DNA of 64,000 bases from Candidatus Parachristensenella avicola. Lineage in GTDB: Bacteria > Bacillota > Clostridia > Christensenellales > UMGS416. This document shows, piece after piece, positions 29,053-38,717 of the stretch; within the stretch, counting starts at the first letter, position 1, and every line of letters starts with the position of its first letter. The notes under the pieces are model-generated. The model saw only the letters and a list, made by a program, of their open reading frames with translations. It was not told the DNA's origin and made no database searches. Made by a program: the position numbers and the translations under genes. The DNA lies in the NCBI GenBank assembly GCA_904420205.1, contig CAJFUN010000023.1, positions 129,409 through 193,408 on the forward strand. Reading direction: 5' to 3'.

Positions 29053-29736
29053 ATGGATTTAATCGTATGGATCATTGTGATTGCCTGCATTGTGTCCGCT
29101 GTGAACAAGAAGGGGAAAAAGCAGGCCAAACGGCCGCCGCAGGCCCCCAGCAGACCTACCCCTGTGCAGCCTCCGCGCCGGCCTGAGCCGCAGGCGCCTT
29201 CGAGCGCCGGGGCGCAGCTGCTCTCGCAGGCGATGAACGACGCGGTGAGTAGCGCGGCTGCCGGAGGGGCGACCTGGGCTAAAAAGCTGGCGGAAGCCCT
29301 AAAGGAGGACGATTTTGAGGAGCCCGCTAAGGTGAAGGCCGAACCCGACCACAGCCATCAGGGCGTCCATCGGCCCTTGGCGGATTCGGGCGAGGGAGCC
29401 TTTTCCTCGCAGAGCCAGTGGATCGAGCAGCGCGCTCAACCGGCGGAGGCAGCTTCTCCCAAGATGCCGGATCCCTGCCGGGCAACAGCATCCAGAGCGG
29501 CTGATCCTTGCCGGGCGGTGGCGCCTACTGTTGGATCGGTACGCAAGCATGCGGGCGGCGCTCCCCTGATGCAGGGCGGCGAAAACCTGCTTTCCACCCA
29601 TCGAGCCACACGCAGGTCCGGATCGATCAGCCAGCGCAGGCAGCGCATACTGACGGTCGACAGCCAGTCATTGCGACAAGGCGTCGTGTGGAGTGAAATC
29701 TTGAACCGCCGAGGCGGAAGGAGGAGTATCCATTGA
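29053..29736 (+). CDS. hypothetical membrane-anchored Pro-rich protein (positional analogue of yqfB)
   Basis: GGGAGG RBS. N-terminal TM helix (LIVWIIVIACIVSAV). Low-complexity Pro/Ala-rich body. The stop overlaps the TTG start of the next gene. Confidence 0.55.
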   Translation: MDLIVWIIVIACIVSAVNKKGKKQAKRPPQAPSRPTPVQPPRRPEPQAPSSAGAQLLSQAMNDAVSSAAAGGATWAKKLAEALKEDDFEEPAKVKAEPDHSHQGVHRPLADSGEGAFSSQSQWIEQRAQPAEAASPKMPDPCRATASRAADPCRAVAPTVGSVRKHAGGAPLMQGGENLLSTHRATRRSGSISQRRQRILTVDSQSLRQGVVWSEILNRRGGRRSIH

Positions 29737-30497
29737 ACCCCATTCGTGTTCTAATTGCCGACGACCAGCCGGGCATGCGGATGATTCTATCCAAAATCCT
29801 GGAGAAGAACGACGCCTTTGAACTTATCGGCGAGGCAGAGGACGGCCAGCAGGCGCTGGAGATCTTTGAACGCCAGAAGCCGGAGGTGGTGTTCCTTGAC
29901 GTGGAGATGCCCAAGGTGGACGGATTGGAATGCGGCCGCCAGATTGCGGATATGGACCCCACGGCATGCCTGATCTTCGCTACGGCTCATGACCAGTACA
30001 TGAAGGAGGCTTTTGAGGTATATGCGTTTGACTACCTGGTGAAGCCCTTTAAGGTTGAGCGGGTGCTGGAAACGTTGGAGCGCATTGCCGAACGGGCCAA
30101 GATTCGCAATGCTCAGGCGGAATCACGCATTGAGGCGGCGGAACGCCGCCAGATGGGATTGGCTAAGCTGCTGATCCGCCATAAGGAAGGCGTCAGCCTG
30201 ATCGATATGGAAGACATCATCCTGGTGCAGCGCGAGGACCGGGCCACAGCCATCTATACGGTGAACGAGCGCGTGGTGACCAGCGAACCGCTGAGCGATT
30301 TAATGGAACGATTGGATAAGCGGCTCTTCTTCCGAAGCCATAAGAGCTATATCATTAACCTGGCCATGGTCAGCAAAATCTACCCTTATGGCCGCTGGAC
30401 CTATGTGGTGAAGCTGAAAGGTACGAAGCAGGACGCGCTGATTACCTATGAAAAGTTTAATGAGATGGAAGAATTCTTCGCCAAAAACAATGGATAA
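29733..30497 (+). CDS. LytTR-family response regulator
   Basis: TTG start with GGAAGGAGGAG 6 nt upstream and a 4-nt overlap with the preceding gene. Receiver (VLIADDQP, VVFLDVEMPKVDG, VKPF) plus LytTR domain (IILVQREDRATAIYT..SYIINLAMV). Confidence 0.9.
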   Translation: MNPIRVLIADDQPGMRMILSKILEKNDAFELIGEAEDGQQALEIFERQKPEVVFLDVEMPKVDGLECGRQIADMDPTACLIFATAHDQYMKEAFEVYAFDYLVKPFKVERVLETLERIAERAKIRNAQAESRIEAAERRQMGLAKLLIRHKEGVSLIDMEDIILVQREDRATAIYTVNERVVTSEPLSDLMERLDKRLFFRSHKSYIINLAMVSKIYPYGRWTYVVKLKGTKQDALITYEKFNEMEEFFAKNNG

Positions 30498-30512
30498 CGC
30501 GCTTTTTTGCCG

Positions 30513-30538
30513 GGGCCGTCGAAGGACGGCCCTTTTTT
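30513..30538 (+). terminator. intrinsic terminator ending the nfeD-floA-X-lytTR operon
   Basis: 8-bp stem GGGCCGTC/GACGGCCC with loop GAAG, followed by TTTTTT. Confidence 0.75.
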
Positions 30539-30654
30539 GTCTGAAATTAGAGGAAAAATGAGAGGATGTTCTGGCAGGAATATGGTAAACCCCATCGAAT
30601 ACTACTAATATAGCATGATTTCTCACGAATAAAGAAGTTTGCATAATAAATAAA

Positions 30655-31788
30655 ATGTCGAAGTGGGAAGGATATATCGTGGATAAAGACAACCAGGTGG
30701 ATGCAACGGCATACCGGCGCGGGCAAAGCGACCGAATTTTGCTTCTAGGGCAGATGGCTGCGGGGATTCTGCATGATGCCGGAAACCAGATGATGCTCAT
30801 TCAGGGAGCGTTGGGGTTGGCCCAATATGCGCCAGGCGACCCCAACTATGGCCCGACCATGAAAGCGGCCCAACAGGCGGCCGATACGGTGGGGGAATTA
30901 TTGAAGGAAATCCTCTCTTTTATCCGTCCGGAAAAGGGGCGAAATGATCCGAGGGCAGGCGTCTATGGCGACGATGAAATCATGATGATGCTGCCGCTCA
31001 TCCGATCTTCCTTGGGTGGGCGGATCGAAGTGCTTGACCAGCTGAATTCTGAGGATGACCGGATCCATATTAGTGCAGTGCAGTTTCAAAACGTGCTGCT
31101 GAACCTCGTGGTGAATGCCCGTAACGCCATGAAAGGCCAGGGCGTCATCGTGCTGAAGACGGAGAACCTTATGCTCGAGGGCAGGCCCTTTTGGCGGCTG
31201 ACGGTGCAGGACGATGGACCTGGGATCCGTCCCGAGCAGCTGGATAGCATTTTTGAACCCTACTTTACGACCTCAGGCAAGGGCCATGGTTTGGGGCTGA
31301 TGCGCTGCCGGCTGCTGGTAGAGCAAGCAGGCGGCCATATTGTAGCGGAAAATGGGCAGCCGCGGGGCGCATGCTTTACGATAACGTTGCCTGTCATGGA
31401 GGAGCCGCTGGCGGGGAAGGAGGAACCTGAGCTATGTTTAGGCTCCGGCCGCATTGCGATCCTGATGGCCAAGGAGCATCAGGATATGGTTTCCAGCATG
31501 ATCCGGGCGTTGGGCTATACGCCGGTGAACATGCTGGGGCTGATGGATCTCAAGCGCTTGGAACATGATCCGGTGCTTTTGGTCCTGATGGATGAAACAA
31601 AGGCGTTGAGCTCATATCTTAAGGCGATCCCGGCGGACTGCCCCATTTTGGCCATCGGCCAGTTCGATACGGTTATGCGCCAGCCTGATCCCCGGGTTCG
31701 CATGGTGGAGCGGCCCGTTACCCTTTTACGGCTTTCGCACCTGATTCGGGACATCGTGGGCTTTGAGCCGGAGGAGCGGCAGCCATAA
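30655..31788 (+). CDS. soluble histidine kinase with C-terminal degenerate receiver-like domain
   Basis: H-box AAGILHDAGNQ, N-box NLVVNARNAM, DDGPGI, GHGLGL. No TM segment. The C-terminal ~120 aa resemble a receiver (LLVLMDET) but lack the N-terminal acidic pair. The start may instead be GTG 30679 (GGGAAGGA 6 nt upstream). Confidence 0.8.
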   Translation: MSKWEGYIVDKDNQVDATAYRRGQSDRILLLGQMAAGILHDAGNQMMLIQGALGLAQYAPGDPNYGPTMKAAQQAADTVGELLKEILSFIRPEKGRNDPRAGVYGDDEIMMMLPLIRSSLGGRIEVLDQLNSEDDRIHISAVQFQNVLLNLVVNARNAMKGQGVIVLKTENLMLEGRPFWRLTVQDDGPGIRPEQLDSIFEPYFTTSGKGHGLGLMRCRLLVEQAGGHIVAENGQPRGACFTITLPVMEEPLAGKEEPELCLGSGRIAILMAKEHQDMVSSMIRALGYTPVNMLGLMDLKRLEHDPVLLVLMDETKALSSYLKAIPADCPILAIGQFDTVMRQPDPRVRMVERPVTLLRLSHLIRDIVGFEPEERQP

Positions 31789-31881
31789 TACCGCTGGATA
31801 GAGAGAAGTCGGCGTGTGCCGGCTTTTTTATGATGAAAAAAGAAATTCGCTTAGGCGGCGCGCGGGGGCGCAAGGTAAGGC

Positions 31882-31910
31882 TTGAATCAGTATGCGACCA
31901 ATGGTAAAAT
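31882..31910 (+). promoter_or_regulatory. sigma-A-type promoter (TTGAAT-17-TAAAAT with TG extension) for ilvA operon
   Basis: Hexamers and the 17-nt spacer read directly. About 30 nt upstream of ATG 31941. Confidence 0.5.
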
Positions 31911-31940
31911 GTGAAAAGAAGCAAAGGAGGCGAATCATCT

Positions 31941-33146
31941 ATGATTCCAACACTAGATCAGGTGAAGGAAGCAAAGGCAAGCTTCCCAGCCTGGATCCAG
32001 CATACGCGCCTGCTGCCGGTGCAGATCCCCGGCTGCGAGGCGCAAAGTTATGTTAAGACGGAATGTTTGCAGCGCACCGGCGCCTTTAAAGTACGTGGCG
32101 CCTATAACCGCATGCGGATGCTCACCGAGGAGGAGAAAAAGGCGGGCGTTATTGCCAGCTCAGCCGGTAACCATGCGCAGGGCGTGGCGCTGGCAGCCCG
32201 GGAGATGGGGATCAAGGCGACCATTGTGATGCCGCAGTTTGCGCCGCTGTCCAAGGTTAACGCCACCCGCGCGCTGGGCGCGGAGGTAGTGCTCCACGGC
32301 GAGATTTATGACGACGCATATGCTTATGCATTGGAGCTGGAGAAGACCACGGGCGCGACTTTCATCCATCCCTATGATGATCCCATGGTGATCGCCGGCC
32401 AGGGTACCATTTCGCTGGAGATCTTTGAGGATCTGCCCGATGTGGACGTGATCTTGGTGCCGGTGGGCGGTGGCGGCTTGGCCGCCGGCGTAGCCATGGC
32501 GGCGAAATCCATAAATCCGCTGGTGCGGGTATATGGCGTGGAGCCTGCCGGGGCAGCCAGCATGAAAAAGGCCCTGCAGGTGGGGCATCCCGAACCCCTT
32601 GAGGCGGTAAAGAGCTTTGCCGATGGCGTGACCGTACGCCGGGTGGGCGATACCAGCTTTGCCATGTGCAAGCAGTATCTGGATGGCATCCTGACGGTGG
32701 ACGACGATGAGACGGCCGCGGCCATCCTATGGATGATTGAAAAGAATAAAATCGTGATGGAAGGCGCAGGCGCGCTGCCGGTGGCTACGCTGATGCATGG
32801 TACGCTGGATTTTTCCGGGAAAAAGGTGGTAGCTGTCGTATCAGGCGGCAATATTGACGTGAACACCATCAGCCGGATCATCGAGCGCGGACTCATAAAG
32901 ACTGGCCGCCGCACCACGCTGGCAACCACCGTGCAGGATCGGCCAGGCCAACTGGCCCGCTTGGTAGAGGCGGTCGCCGCTCAAGGCGTCAACGTGCTAT
33001 CCATTAACCATGACCGCAACCGCAGCCGCCTGGAGCTGGGCGAGGCCCAGGTAGAGCTCGTGCTGGAAACCAACGACCGCGACCACATTGCCCGCATCAA
33101 GGCTAGCCTCGAAAAGCTGGGTTATGAAGTGGAAGAAATTGATTAG
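31941..33146 (+). CDS. ilvA: threonine ammonia-lyase (threonine dehydratase)
   Basis: PLP-Lys motif TGAFKVRGA, glycine loop [10 protein letters not shown] and a C-terminal ACT-like domain. AAGGAGG upstream of ATG 31941. Confidence 0.9.
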   Translation: MIPTLDQVKEAKASFPAWIQHTRLLPVQIPGCEAQSYVKTECLQRTGAFKVRGAYNRMRMLTEEEKKAGVIASSAGNHAQGVALAAREMGIKATIVMPQFAPLSKVNATRALGAEVVLHGEIYDDAYAYALELEKTTGATFIHPYDDPMVIAGQGTISLEIFEDLPDVDVILVPVGGGGLAAGVAMAAKSINPLVRVYGVEPAGAASMKKALQVGHPEPLEAVKSFADGVTVRRVGDTSFAMCKQYLDGILTVDDDETAAAILWMIEKNKIVMEGAGALPVATLMHGTLDFSGKKVVAVVSGGNIDVNTISRIIERGLIKTGRRTTLATTVQDRPGQLARLVEAVAAQGVNVLSINHDRNRSRLELGEAQVELVLETNDRDHIARIKASLEKLGYEVEEID

Positions 33147-33159
33147 GAGAAACGCTACG

Positions 33160-33546
33160 ATGGAAAAGAAAATTGTTGCTACGAACGCGGCGCCTGCCGC
33201 CATTGGCCCCTATTCCCAAGCCGTGATCCTGGGCGGTATGCTCTATACCTCCGGACAGATCCCGCTGGATCCCGCCACCGGTGAGGTGGTGACCGGTTCC
33301 ATTGAGGATCAGGCCCATCGCGTATTCAAGAACCTGAAAGCTGTTTTGGAAGCGGCGGGCACCGACTTTGAGCATGTCGTCAAGACGACGGTATTTTTGG
33401 CGGATATGAACGACTTTGCCGCCATGAATGGCGTGTATGCTCAGTATTTTACCGGCGCTTTCCCGGCCCGCTCCGCAGTGCAGGTGGCTCGGCTGCCGAA
33501 AGACGTAGGCTTGGAGATTGAGCTGATCGCCCAGATCGATGAATAA
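33160..33546 (+). CDS. ridA: RidA family reactive enamine/imine deaminase
   Basis: YjgF/RidA signature ([43 protein letters not shown]). AGGAGA RBS before ATG 33160. Confidence 0.9.
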   Translation: MEKKIVATNAAPAAIGPYSQAVILGGMLYTSGQIPLDPATGEVVTGSIEDQAHRVFKNLKAVLEAAGTDFEHVVKTTVFLADMNDFAAMNGVYAQYFTGAFPARSAVQVARLPKDVGLEIELIAQIDE

Positions 33547-34231
33547 GCCGCTCATTGCGGTGACGGCCGGTCATGAGTATGAGGATAAAGGGGCGGGCCA
33601 GGCATGCCTTGGACTGCGTTATATCCAGGCCGTAGAGGATAACGGGGGGATTCCGGTCCTGACCAGCGGCCGGCCGGAGCTGGCAGAAGCCCTTGCAAAG
33701 CGCGTGGACGGCCTGCTGCTTTCCGGCGGGTGTGATGTGGATCCCGCGTGCTTCGGACAACAAAATCGTGGCGCGGGCAAGGCGGACGTCCGCCGGGATG
33801 CTTTTGAGTTAGCGCTGTGTCAGGCCATGATCCGGCTGGATAAACCGGTCCTGGGGATATGCCGGGGGATCCAAGTGCTGAACGTGGCCTTGGGCGGCAC
33901 GCTGATCCAAGATATTCCCTCCTGGCTGGGCATGGATCATCCAAACGGTACCGGCCTGCGCCATGAGGTGCAAATTGAGCCGGGATGCTTCCTGACGCCG
34001 CAGCTGCAGGGGCGGAGGCGTGTGAATTCCACCCATCACCAAGCGGTGGACAAGCTGGGCGAAGGCCTCCGGGCAGTCGCCTATGCGGAAGCGGGCCGCG
34101 TGATTGAAGCCATTGAAGCGGAGGATGGGCGCCCGGTCTGGGGGGTGCAGTGGCACCCGGAACGGCTGCGGGAGGAGGATCCTGCCATGAATTCTATCTT
34201 CCAAAAGCTGATACTGGCAGCTGGCGTGTAA
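33539..34231 (+). CDS. gamma-glutamyl-GABA hydrolase-like class I glutamine amidotransferase (peptidase C26)
   Basis: [22 protein letters not shown] and GVQWHPE motifs. 8-nt overlap with ridA. Confidence 0.85.
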   Translation: MNKPLIAVTAGHEYEDKGAGQACLGLRYIQAVEDNGGIPVLTSGRPELAEALAKRVDGLLLSGGCDVDPACFGQQNRGAGKADVRRDAFELALCQAMIRLDKPVLGICRGIQVLNVALGGTLIQDIPSWLGMDHPNGTGLRHEVQIEPGCFLTPQLQGRRRVNSTHHQAVDKLGEGLRAVAYAEAGRVIEAIEAEDGRPVWGVQWHPERLREEDPAMNSIFQKLILAAGV

Positions 34232-34246
34232 ACGTAGAGAAATGGC

Positions 34247-34288
34247 AAAAAGGGCCTTTGGCCGCCATGGGGCAGCCAAAGGCCTTTT
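34247..34288. terminator. bidirectional terminator between convergent genes
   Basis: 10-bp stem GGCCTTTGGC/GCCAAAGGCC flanked by an A-run and TTTT. The 12-nt loop is large. Confidence 0.55.
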
Positions 34289-34302
34289 GATATGCCTGCG
34301 TG

Positions 34303-35337
34303 CTACAGCCGAAGGATATCCGACACCAGCGAATCGACCTGCTGCTGTGTGGTCGCCCAGCTGGTACAGAACCGAACCAGCTGGCGGCCATCGGGCAGTG
34401 TCTGCCAGGGTTCCCAGACATATTTGGACTGAAGGATAGCAAGCTGGTGCGCGGTCAGGATAGGAAATTGCTGGTTTGTATAGGATGGGTACCCCAGCGG
34501 GATCCCTTTTTGCTCCAGCGCGTTTCGGATCGCCAGGGCATATTCAGTGGCCTGGCGGCAAATGGTAAAATAGAGCCCTTGGGTAAAGAGTGCGTCAAAA
34601 GCAAGTCCCACAAGCCAGCCCTTAGCCAGCATCCCGCCGTGTTGCTTGATTCCATAGCGGAAGTCCGCCTTTAGGGCATCGTTCACGATGACTAAAGCCT
34701 CGCCAAGCAGGGCGCCGCATTTGGTGCCGCCAATATAGAAGAGGTCGCAGAGGGAAGCGACGTCAGCCAGCGTTAAATCGTTCACCGGACTGGTCAGCCC
34801 ATAGCCGAGACGGGCGCCGTCGATGTATAGCATCAGGCCCAGCTCACGGCAGCAGCGATATATGGCCGCCAGCTGATCCCGGGTATAGAGCGTGCCGCAT
34901 TCAGTGGGCAGTGATAAATAGACCATGCCCGGCTGCACGGTATGTTCGCGGGTAGGGCTGGCGTAATGAGCCTGACAAGCCTCGCGGATCTGCCGCGCGC
35001 AGAGAAGGCCGTCCTCGGCGGGCAGGGGCAGCACCTTATGGCCGGTGGCCTCGATGGCCCCTGTTTCGTGGCAGGCAATGTGCCCAATATCAGCTGTCAT
35101 CACGCCCTGGTGGCTTTTAAGGCAAGCGGCGATGGCGATAAGATTGGTCTGCGTACCGCCCGTTAGAAAGTGTACGTCCGCATGGGGTTGCCGGCAAGCT
35201 TCGCGGATGCGAGCCCGGGCACTTTCGCAGCAATCGTCCAGTCCATAGCCAGGATGCGGTTCCATATTGGCCGCGATAAGCCGTTCGAGGAGCTGCGGAT
35301 GGCAGCCCTGTGCATAGTCGCATTGAAAGTTGATCAT
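34303..35337 (-). CDS. threonine aldolase / beta-eliminating lyase family PLP enzyme
   Basis: MINFQCDYAQGCHPQLLERL..GYGLDD.. and FYIGGTKCGA (putative PLP Lys). Start placed at ATG 35337, not 35397. Confidence 0.7.
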   Translation of the reverse strand: MINFQCDYAQGCHPQLLERLIAANMEPHPGYGLDDCCESARARIREACRQPHADVHFLTGGTQTNLIAIAACLKSHQGVMTADIGHIACHETGAIEATGHKVLPLPAEDGLLCARQIREACQAHYASPTREHTVQPGMVYLSLPTECGTLYTRDQLAAIYRCCRELGLMLYIDGARLGYGLTSPVNDLTLADVASLCDLFYIGGTKCGALLGEALVIVNDALKADFRYGIKQHGGMLAKGWLVGLAFDALFTQGLYFTICRQATEYALAIRNALEQKGIPLGYPSYTNQQFPILTAHQLAILQSKYVWEPWQTLPDGRQLVRFCTSWATTQQQVDSLVSDILRL

Positions 35338-35503
35338 TTCTATCCTCTCTGTCGCAGTGTTCCCTACCATCCTACGGCTAGGGCGCGGCACTGTCAAGCT
35401 GGAGCGGATATCGCCAAATCAAAATATCTTGCAATTTTGTCATGCGCGGACAGCCGGTTTTAGGTATACTATGGCTGTAGGTGGCTGCAGGGAGGTGAAA
35501 ACG

Positions 35504-36514
35504 ATGCTATTTTTCCTGACTTTAGCAGGAGGGTGCCTGGCGCTGTTCGCTATTTTGCAGTGTATAGAGCCTCGACGCCTGCTGAACGGTATGGTTTTCA
35601 CCTGTTCTCTGGGATTTTTGCTGCTAGCTATGCTGGCGCTGGTGGGCACCTTGGGCGGTGGCATCGGTATATCCGTTGTGCTGATTGGAATTGTGCTGCT
35701 ACTGCCCCTGGCCTTTTTAGCGGCAGGCGTGGCATTAATTGTGAACGGAACGGTTCTGATGCGGCTGGAGGGCCGCCGGCTGAGGAACCTGCTTTCCATG
35801 GCGCTGGGCTTGATGATCCTCTTTTTTATGCTGGCACTGGCTGCATACCCCCTGCTGGCTCGCTATCGGACGTCATCGGCGGCGCTGGTGACGGTGCTGG
35901 CTTTTCTTGTGCTGTATTTGTCCTTCCTGTTCATCAGCTATTTGGCCGGGGCAGTATTTTTCGCCCTTCCACCACCCAGGCCCAATCAGCATTTCCTGGT
36001 GGTGCTGGGCTGCGGCGTAAAGGGGGAACGGGTTCCGCCGCTGTTGGCCGGGCGCCTGGATAAGGCGGTTCAGTTTTACTTCCGCCAGGCACGGCGCGCG
36101 CAGCCGCCCTGCCTGATTGTTTGCGGCGGCAGAGGGGAAGGAGAAGATATCCCGGAGGCCGAGGCCATGGCGCGATACCTGAGGGAGAAGGGAATCCCGG
36201 AGGAGGATATCCGGCGGGAAGATCAATCCACCAATACCTATGAAAACCTGCGGAACGCAAAGCGTATTATGGATTCTTCCATGAACCGGTACCGGTGTGC
36301 GCTGGTGACCAGCAACTATCACCTGTTTCGTGCGGCGCTTTTATCCAGGAAGGTCGGAATTCGGCGATGCAGGGGACTGGGGAGCCGCACCGCGGGCTAT
36401 TATCTACCCAACGCCTTCCTTCGGGAATTTATCGGCGCGTTGGCCATGCATAAGCGCTGGCATCTCGCAGTCTGCATTATGATGGCGCTGACGGCGCTGG
36501 CAGCAATGGGCTGA
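35504..36514 (+). CDS. DUF218 (YdcF/SanA/ElyC-like) membrane protein
   Basis: GGGAGGTG RBS before ATG 35504. About five TM helices, then a DUF218-like core (FLVVLGCGVKGERVPPLLAGRLDKA..LIVCGGRGEGEDIPEAEAM..STNTYENL..LVTSNYHLFRA). Confidence 0.75.
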   Translation: MLFFLTLAGGCLALFAILQCIEPRRLLNGMVFTCSLGFLLLAMLALVGTLGGGIGISVVLIGIVLLLPLAFLAAGVALIVNGTVLMRLEGRRLRNLLSMALGLMILFFMLALAAYPLLARYRTSSAALVTVLAFLVLYLSFLFISYLAGAVFFALPPPRPNQHFLVVLGCGVKGERVPPLLAGRLDKAVQFYFRQARRAQPPCLIVCGGRGEGEDIPEAEAMARYLREKGIPEEDIRREDQSTNTYENLRNAKRIMDSSMNRYRCALVTSNYHLFRAALLSRKVGIRRCRGLGSRTAGYYLPNAFLREFIGALAMHKRWHLAVCIMMALTALAAMG

Positions 36515-37086
36515 TGCGCCAGAGAGAGGACAAAGTGCGGAAAACGATCTTATATATTGGTATGAGCCTGGATGGTTATATTGCTGACGATCAAGGCGGC
36601 GTCGGGTGGATGCGGGGAGACGGCTCCGATCCGGGAAACCCCGGGAGTTACCCGGAATTCCTGGCGTCAGTGGATACCATTGTGATGGGCTACCATACTT
36701 ACCGCCAGATTATAGACGAGCTATCGCCGGATCGGTGGGTATATCCAGGCAAGCGGTGCTATGTGCTAACGCACCGCCCGCTGAACGATATCGGCAGTAC
36801 GACGTTCGTGCAGGGCGATGTGGGGCGGCTGCTGGGTGAGCTGCGCCGGCAGGATGGGTCGAATATCTGGATATGCGGTGGGGCAGATATCGTTCACCAG
36901 CTACTAAGTCAGGACCAGATTGACATGTTCTGCATCAGTGTAATACCAGTAATATTGGGAACGGGGGTCCCTCTTTTCGCTCCGGGCAGACGGAGACAAC
37001 TGCTTCGCCTGCTTTCGACCCGCTGCTATAATGGAATTACCGATCTATGGTATGAAAAGCGCCAGCCTATGCCGGAAGATGAATAA
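36514..37086 (+). CDS. dihydrofolate reductase family protein (RibD C-terminal domain)
   Basis: ILYIGMSLDGYIADDQGGVGWM..IVMGYHTY..IWICGGADIV pattern. The ATG overlaps the preceding TGA. Confidence 0.75.
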   Translation: MRQREDKVRKTILYIGMSLDGYIADDQGGVGWMRGDGSDPGNPGSYPEFLASVDTIVMGYHTYRQIIDELSPDRWVYPGKRCYVLTHRPLNDIGSTTFVQGDVGRLLGELRRQDGSNIWICGGADIVHQLLSQDQIDMFCISVIPVILGTGVPLFAPGRRRQLLRLLSTRCYNGITDLWYEKRQPMPEDE

Positions 37087-37119
37087 AAAAAGGCCGCGCC
37101 TACAGCGCGGACCTTTTTT
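37085..37119. terminator. bidirectional terminator
   Basis: A7-GGCCGCGC-loop-GCGCGGAC-T6, with one mismatch in the stem. Confidence 0.6.
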
Positions 37120-37120
37120 A

Positions 37121-38542
37121 TTATGCTTCTTCCCGGCCTTTGTCACGGCTTCGCTCGGAAGGCTTTTCTTTCGATTTATCCTTCCCCTTTTCCGAGGATT
37201 TCTCATCGCTATTCTCTGGCGGGGGCGGCAGGCGGGTTACGATAGCCCACTCCACGCGCCGATCGGTCAGCTGGGTGACATGGATTTTTAGGCCAAAGCA
37301 TTCGACCTCGGGCTGGCTCCCATCCTTAGGAATGGTGGTCAGCTGACTGAATACTAGGCCGCCCAGCGTATCGAATTCCTCATCCACCGGCAATGAGATC
37401 CCTACCGTTTCCGATAGGACTTCCAGATCCACTGAACCGGAGACACGCCACTGGTTCTCGCCAAGAGGCTGAATATCTTTTTCCTCCTGCGGGTCGAATT
37501 CGTCGTAGATATTGCCGACGATCTCTTCCAGCAGGTCCTCCAAGGTAACCAAGCCGCTGGTGCCGCCGTATTCGTCCACAACGATGGCCATATGCACTTT
37601 TTGCGTCTGCATTTCGCGGAATAGCACGTCAGCATGGACGGATTCCGGCACGAAATAGGCGGGACGAATGATTTCACGTAGCGGCTTAGGCTCCGCCAGC
37701 CGGTTGTTTAGCAGGTATTCGCGGGTGCTGACGATACCGATGATGTCGTCAATATCCTCTTTATACACCGGGAAACGGGAGAGACCGGTACGCTCGATGG
37801 TCGCGATGATCTCCTCCGGCGAATCTTCCACCCATAGGGCGGTAATATCGGTGCGGTGCACCATGGCATCTTCGGCGTTCATGTTGTTGAACTCGAAGAT
37901 GTTCTCAATCATTTGTTTTTCGTTGGTTTCAATGGTACCCTTTTCTTCGCCAATATCCACCATCAGGCGGATCTCTTCCTCAGTGACCTCTTCCTCCTCG
38001 TCATTGGGGTTAATCCCCATGAGACGGAGGACGCCCTTGGTCGATACAGAGAGCAGCCACACCACAGGCTTTAAGACGATCGAGAGGAAGCGAATGACGC
38101 CGGAGGCCATGCGGGCGACCGCGTCGGATTTTTTCATGGCGACCTGCTTGGGCACAAGCTCGCCCAGTACCAACGTAAAGTAGGATAAAATCAGGGTTAT
38201 GAAGATAACCGACAGCGTATTGAGTGTGGATTCCGGGATCGCGGTGAAGTGCTTTACGTCCACCAGCCAATGGACCAAGCGGTCGGCAAAGTTGTCGGCG
38301 GCAAAAGCCGAAGCTAAAAAGCCGGCCAGCGTGATACCAACCTGGATGGTCGAAAGGAACGCGGCAGAGTTCTCCACCATGCGCAGCATCTGGGCAGCCT
38401 TGCGGTCGCCTTCCTCAGCCTGGCGGCGCAGGCGGTTCTCGTTTAGCGAGATCACAGCGATTTCGGTAGCGGCAAAGAACGCGTTGATCGCGATCAATAC
38501 CACTTGTAGCAACAGTTGACTCCATATTGGGTCAGGTGGCAA
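37121..38542 (-). CDS. hemolysin-family / CNNM (DUF21)-CBS-CorC_HlyC transporter-associated protein
   Basis: DUF21 TM region (LLLQVVLIAINAFFAATEIAVISL), a CBS pair and a CorC_HlyC C-terminus, then a Lys/Ser/Glu-rich tail. The ORF-track start 38911 is too long. TTG 38542 has AAGGGGG 8 nt upstream and a TATACT-type promoter further upstream. Confidence 0.8.
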   Translation of the reverse strand: MPPDPIWSQLLLQVVLIAINAFFAATEIAVISLNENRLRRQAEEGDRKAAQMLRMVENSAAFLSTIQVGITLAGFLASAFAADNFADRLVHWLVDVKHFTAIPESTLNTLSVIFITLILSYFTLVLGELVPKQVAMKKSDAVARMASGVIRFLSIVLKPVVWLLSVSTKGVLRLMGINPNDEEEEVTEEEIRLMVDIGEEKGTIETNEKQMIENIFEFNNMNAEDAMVHRTDITALWVEDSPEEIIATIERTGLSRFPVYKEDIDDIIGIVSTREYLLNNRLAEPKPLREIIRPAYFVPESVHADVLFREMQTQKVHMAIVVDEYGGTSGLVTLEDLLEEIVGNIYDEFDPQEEKDIQPLGENQWRVSGSVDLEVLSETVGISLPVDEEFDTLGGLVFSQLTTIPKDGSQPEVECFGLKIHVTQLTDRRVEWAIVTRLPPPPENSDEKSSEKGKDKSKEKPSERSRDKGREEA

Positions 38543-38717
38543 GCAATATTCCCCCTTTGTCAGTCGAAGAGATAAAAGTGACAATATAAAGTATATCATA
38601 GATGCCGTGTTTTTTCCACTGGTTTTTGAATCTCCAGGTGAATCGGCTAAAATTCCCATTGGCTTTTTAATCTTGTTCATGTACAATGAAGAAAACGCTG
38701 AGAAAAAGGAGCCGACG

